Assembly: GCA_028534125.1 (NCBI GenBank)
Contig: CM052816.1
Span: forward strand, 98,024,001 to 98,088,000
Direction of reading: 5' to 3'
Origin: Lama glama
Lineage: Eukaryota
Length of the DNA stretch: 64,000 nucleotides
Shown here piece after piece: positions 59,201 to 64,000 of this stretch. A program made the position numbers and the translations under genes. The notes beneath the pieces are model-generated. The model saw only the letters and a list, made by a program, of their open reading frames with translations, had not been told where the DNA came from and did no database searches. The first letter of the stretch is position 1; every line of letters starts with the position of its first letter.

Positions 59201-60814
59201 TCCTCTGTCTGAAGACACTGTGCCATGCCCCAGATTTGGGCCTTCTCCCCAGCCTTGGAAAGTGTATTTTCACGTCCCCCTGCAGAGGGTCTAGTGGGTC
59301 CACGCATGTCTGAATTCCCTCTGGGTTCTGCAACATGCAGGACGTGGCTGGCAGAGGGGAGCCGCTCTGCTCATCCCAGACCTGAGAATCAGGAGGCCCT
59401 GAGTGTTCGATGGAGATGCGTGAACCCTGAGAAGAGTGGTTGCCACCGACTCGCGGAGATGCGTGTCCAGTACCAGTGATGCTGCCAGCCCCCCGGTGTC
59501 ATGGGTCTGCTGGCCCAGGCCCAGCGGGGCAGGTGTCCCTCTGGGAGGCTCACCATCTCCCTTCAAAACAAGTTTGGGCGTGTGGGTGGACAGCCTTGGA
59601 ACTTGTAAGCAGCTCTCCTCAGCATATTTGACACCGCCTGCGCAGAGGGTCCCCCAGAGGAACAGATGTTGCAGCTCATGATGCTGTGACATCACGGTAC
59701 GTTCCCCTAAGTGCCAGGGCTGGTCTCCGTTTTGTACTGGACCAGGCGTTAGTATGCATTACAGCTGCCAACCACTGTCTTTAGGGTGTGGAGCAATCTC
59801 AGCTCAGTCCTGACATCCTGTTACTTCAGAGGAGCCTCGAAGGGTCTGCAGGCAGCTTCCTTGCAAACACACGATGCAGGTGGGGTGTTGATGCCTCTAG
59901 ACTTCTCCACTGGAAGGTACAAGACCACAATTCAAACTCGAGATGCACACACCTGAACTCTCTGCCCCTTCCCTTGGCCCTTTGACCCCTCCTGTCAAGG
60001 GCCTCATTTCAGTTAAAACAGTTATTGGAGTCGCCCTGGTGTGACATCGGCCATTTTAATGGGCTTCTTTACCCCCTACTCATGGACACCTGGCTAGTTG
60101 CAAATTCCTCCTTTGACTTTGAACTCCTGCCCCTGCCCACTTCCCCGGAACACTGATCAACAACCAGCCTGAAAGCTTGGTGGTTTTCAAGGCACGACTA
60201 CACCCTGTGGCATCAAGAGGCGGGTCCCGGGGCCTGAGCTTTAAGTCACTGTTCTCGATTATCAACGCTGCCTCTGCAGTGAGCAAATGTAAGAAACCCA
60301 AATATTAAGCCCCACCTGAATGCAGAAGTAGGGTGTCCTGCATCTTCCTGGGTGTACAATCAGAAGTGTTCATTACAGAACACTCAGGGACACACAGCTA
60401 AGAAAGGCGCCCATATTGCTGCCTTGATTGTTAATATTACAATTTTTATCCATCTAGACGTTTTTCTATGAAATTTTTTTCTACACACAAATGAGTAACT
60501 GGATTGGAATATATTCCCACACACACGTTAGTAATCTGCTTTGTTTTTTAAAAAGCAGTTACCATGAGAGTCCAGGCCCGTTGATAATCTTCCTACATAA
60601 TGATTTTTAACACTTGGGTTCCACTGGTGTACTAACTGCAGACATGTGCGTGTCGTCACTGATGTGCCGAGCACGAGGTAAGCGCTCTGCTTGCGCCGAC
60701 CCAACCCCCACGGTCGGCCCGTGGGGCAGTGTACAGGTGAGGAGGCTCAGGCACAGAGAGGCTGCACAGCCCGCTCAGGTCACTCACCCAACTAGGGTGG
60801 AGCAGGTCTTCACC

Positions 60815-61390
60815 TGATTTCCCGAAGTCTGAAGTCAAGGTGTTGACAGACGACGCTCTCTGAGGGCTCCGGGAGGATCCTTCCTGTCTCTTCCAGCTTT
60901 TGGAGGCTCCAGGTGGTCCTGGGCTTGTGGCCTCGTCCCTCTAATTTCTGCCTCCATCTTCACGTGGCTGTCTTCTCTGTGTCTTTTGAATTGACATTTA
61001 TCATTGGATTTAGGGCCACCTGGATAATCCAGAATGTTCCCATTTCATGATTCTTTTATATATATATATTCTTTTATATATACTTCAATTATATATACTT
61101 CAATTGAAGTATAATCAGTTTACAATGTGTCAGTTTCTGGGGCACAGCACAATACTTCAGTCATATGGGAACATACACTCATTTTCATGTTGTTTTTTAC
61201 CATAAGTTGCTACAGGATACTGAATATGGCTCCCTGTGCTATACAGTATAAACGTGTTTATCTATTTTATATACGTTCGTTAATATCATGATTCTTGACT
61301 ACATCTGCAAGGACTCTTTTTCTCAGTAATGTCACGTTTACAGAGTCCAAGAGGCCATACCATTTTGGAAGCCACCATTTTCCACCCACG
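60815..61390 (-). mobile_element. MLT1C-like LTR interrupted by L1
   Basis: gaagtctgaagtcaaggtgttgacag...cattggatttagggccacctggataatccag...acatctgcaaggactcttt. Confidence 0.85.
61056..61285 (-). mobile_element. Lineage-specific L1 3' end with 11-bp TSD
   Basis: attgaagtataatcagtttacaatgtgtcag family. Direct repeat tcatgattctt at 61045-61055 and 61286-61296. Confidence 0.9.
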
Positions 61391-62329
61391 ACTGCCTTTT
61401 TGGGCAGGTCCAGCCATCACGGTCCTGGCCTTGCTGACTCTGGGGCTGCCTAGTCCACTGTCCCAGGTCCACCCCGAGCCCAGCTGTAAATGTCAGGGTC
61501 CCTCCTCCCAGTGGAGACCAGTCAGGAGTTGAAAGGCTAAGATCCAGGACTGGGGAAGACACGTCCTCAGAGAGACGCAGCAACATTTGTCTTCTTCCTT
61601 GTCCCAGAAGGTCCTGTTTTGCTTTTTGAAAGGAAAAAATTAAATTTTATGAACAAGGAAAAAGAGGTCATAAGCCTTTTGACTTGGTGATAAGGAAGAA
61701 ATATTGTTACAAAGATGAGAAAGTAGGCTTCTTGAAGATGGCCTTCACACATGCACATGCATACACACACACTCGCGCGCGTGCACCCACACCCACACTA
61801 AGTACTCATTATTGCACACGTGCTGAGGGTGGTGGCTGGGATTCACTGGGACACTCAGGAGTACCGCATGGTCATGACAAGCATGTGGCCAGAGCTGCAG
61901 GGGAGTTCCTTGAAGGGCAGCCACGGTCTCAATGGCTGTGCTGGAGGACACTTATATTGTGATCCAAGAGAGGAAGGGTGACAGGTGACAGGTGACAGAT
62001 GAAGGGACCAAAATCGCTCTTCATCGTTCTACACGGAGCCTGCCCATGGGAGCCGGGAGGTCGTGTGCGGCTCCTGAGCTGGTGACGGCGGGCTCTCCCA
62101 GCAGCTCCTCATTTGCCAGCTCTGATTAATCACCTGTAGGAACACCTGTTCAAAAACCAAACATTTTAACAGAATTGTGTGTGTGTTTTTCGGTTTTTTT
62201 TTTTTTTTTGGTAAGTGCACCGTGAACACCAAGAAAAGCCATGCACGCGTCCATTTGACTTTGCCACAAGTTGGAAATGCAGGAGGAGGCCAGTTTAAAT
62301 TCGAGGGTCGCCTTCAGCTGCAGTGCTTA

Positions 62330-62570
62330 CGTCACACAGACCTCCGGCCTTACTCCTACGTCCACACGTGCAGATTGAGGGGGAGCCCTCGGCACTGTGG
62401 GCTGTCGGGTCAGGACAACACGGGGAGAAGCCAGGAGGACTTCCACTAACCATGCTGCACCTGACCTTGGATGTCCAGCCTCCAGAGCTGTGAGGAATGA
62501 GGTCTGTCATGTAAACCGCCCCATCGTGGTGCTTGGTCAAGGTGGCTGGGAAGAGACCCAGACACATGGT
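62330..62570 (+). mobile_element. MLT1A-like LTR 3' fragment
   Basis: accatgctgcacctgaccttggatgtccagcctccagagctgtgagg. Confidence 0.75.
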
Positions 62571-63719
62571 TACTCTCGGCAGTGTTTGGGGCATTTTAGG
62601 CACTTAGTCAATCAACAGTGATCAGTCAGTAAAGGGTCATTTGCTTTGGTTATTTCCTCTCTTGATTTTGCTGAGGCTTGATTGCTCGTCTTGTCTCCCA
62701 GAGCAATTGTTTGATTGTTTCGCCCCCAGACCCCTTCTCAACAGGACGCTTAGCACTGGTTGGAGGTGGGTGGGGGTCGGGAGGGAAGCGCAGTGATGAG
62801 GAGGAGGAGGATGGTGCTATTAAGACATCTCCATGCTCAGGCCATTTGTTACTTTCTTTTAAACTTTTCCTGCCAAGATGTGGAATCCAAGACAGGAGGG
62901 AGACAGACTGGCCTCAAAGTGACGCAGACCAATAGGGGTCACAAGAGCAGACTTTTTGGCTGTCTTTATGGTGGAGACATTAGGATAACGAGGCAGAAGG
63001 GGGGCCAGCCTCGCCCTGCAGCTGAGCACGCACGGGCTGAGAAAACAAGGGATGTGCTGGTGGAATATTTATTCCTGGCCTTATTTATAGCATCGTCTGG
63101 TTCAGCATCAGAAATCAGCAAAGCTGCAGATTGTGGGCCCGCCCCTCCTGGCGGTGGGGCTCAGCGGGCGCTCAGCTTTCCGCACACGTCTCTTGTTTTC
63201 TCTCGCATCCTGGCCCCCATTCCGCTCTGGTCTTTATCAGTTTGCCGTCTGCTCCTGCAGTCGGCTCCGTGGGCTTCTGTGACCGAGTTATATTATGCAA
63301 GACATTTTGCTGGCCAGCAATTAAGGGACAGTTGTGCGAGGCAAGCAGGATTGTTCGAATCTCTTTCGGGGGGCTTTTCCACTTTGTAATTTTGTTGTGG
63401 AATGGTAGTCCCATCTGGGCTGGAATTTCCCCCCAATGATCCAGAAGCATTTATTTTTTCCTCACTATCTTTGAAGTTTCAAAGGCTTTTAGGGGTGAGA
63501 GATCCTATATAAAATGATGACATCAACAGTACTTTAAAATTTAGGAACAATTTTATGTAACTTATATTTTTACATAAATGTGCATCAAAAGGAATTATGT
63601 GTATGTATGTGTATTGCAATTTTATTACATTCATTGTGTATAATTTTATTTTAATTATTATTGACCTTAATCTACCGTTTCATGTATGTTGGCTACAAAT
63701 TAGGGATCTTTCAAGTGAT

Positions 63720-63995
63720 ATCTTTTGAAAAGATAGGGGTTATTTTTCCTCCTATGACAAGCGATTCCAAGTTGTCTGCCCAGAGCAGCTGTCACTCCTC
63801 ATGAGCGTCACTGATCTGCCTCTCTCCTCTGCCATTCTTAGCCTTGGCTTTGTCTTCACATCACAAGATGGCTGCTGTACCTCCGGGTATCATGCCTGCA
63901 TTCCAGGCAGAGAAAATCCAGAAGAGGAAGGACAAAAGATGATGAACAAAAGGATTTCTCCTGTGGAGGCATTGCCGTTTTATTCTAGAAGGGCT
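63720..63995 (-). mobile_element. Old MLT1J/K-type LTR fragment
   Basis: cacaagatggctgctgtacctccgggtatcatgcctgcattccaggcag. Confidence 0.65.
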
Positions 63996-64000
63996 GTATC

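Noticed and set aside
1..64000. tRNA, rRNA, snoRNA or miRNA genes, CRISPR arrays, intact transposase or reverse transcriptase ORFs
   Set aside because: None recognisable by eye; all mobile elements are decayed fragments or solo LTRs. An Infernal/Rfam scan would be needed to exclude small RNAs formally.

Overview
Mammalian genomic DNA, probably a non-ruminant cetartiodactyl such as a camelid (inferred from the repeat complement). It carries the divergently oriented UBE2QL1-MED10 gene pair. Minus strand: the first coding exon of UBE2QL1 (11870-11091) lies in a large CpG island, followed by intron 1, which runs off the left edge. Plus strand: the complete four-exon MED10 CDS (51939-57639, 135 aa) with a GC-box/ETS CpG-island promoter and a poly(A) signal. 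The rest is intronic or intergenic, rich in MaLR/ERVL LTRs, L1 fragments, MIR/L2 and hAT fossils, with one 500-N gap. The most notable observations are: a 142-aa in-frame N-terminal extension of UBE2QL1 relative to the 161-aa human form as I recall it, plus two uORFs; two orphan CpG islands, one holding a Kozak-optimal MGACVS... ORF next to kappaB and ETS sites; a candidate L1 3' transduction; a MER20 with a fold-back inversion; and an apparent Q78E change in MED10. I see no prokaryote-style system, RNA gene or CRISPR array, and no clearly new multi-gene system. Repeat family names and comparisons with human come from memory of consensus sequences and need confirmation by search. Repeat boundaries are approximate unless a TSD is given.
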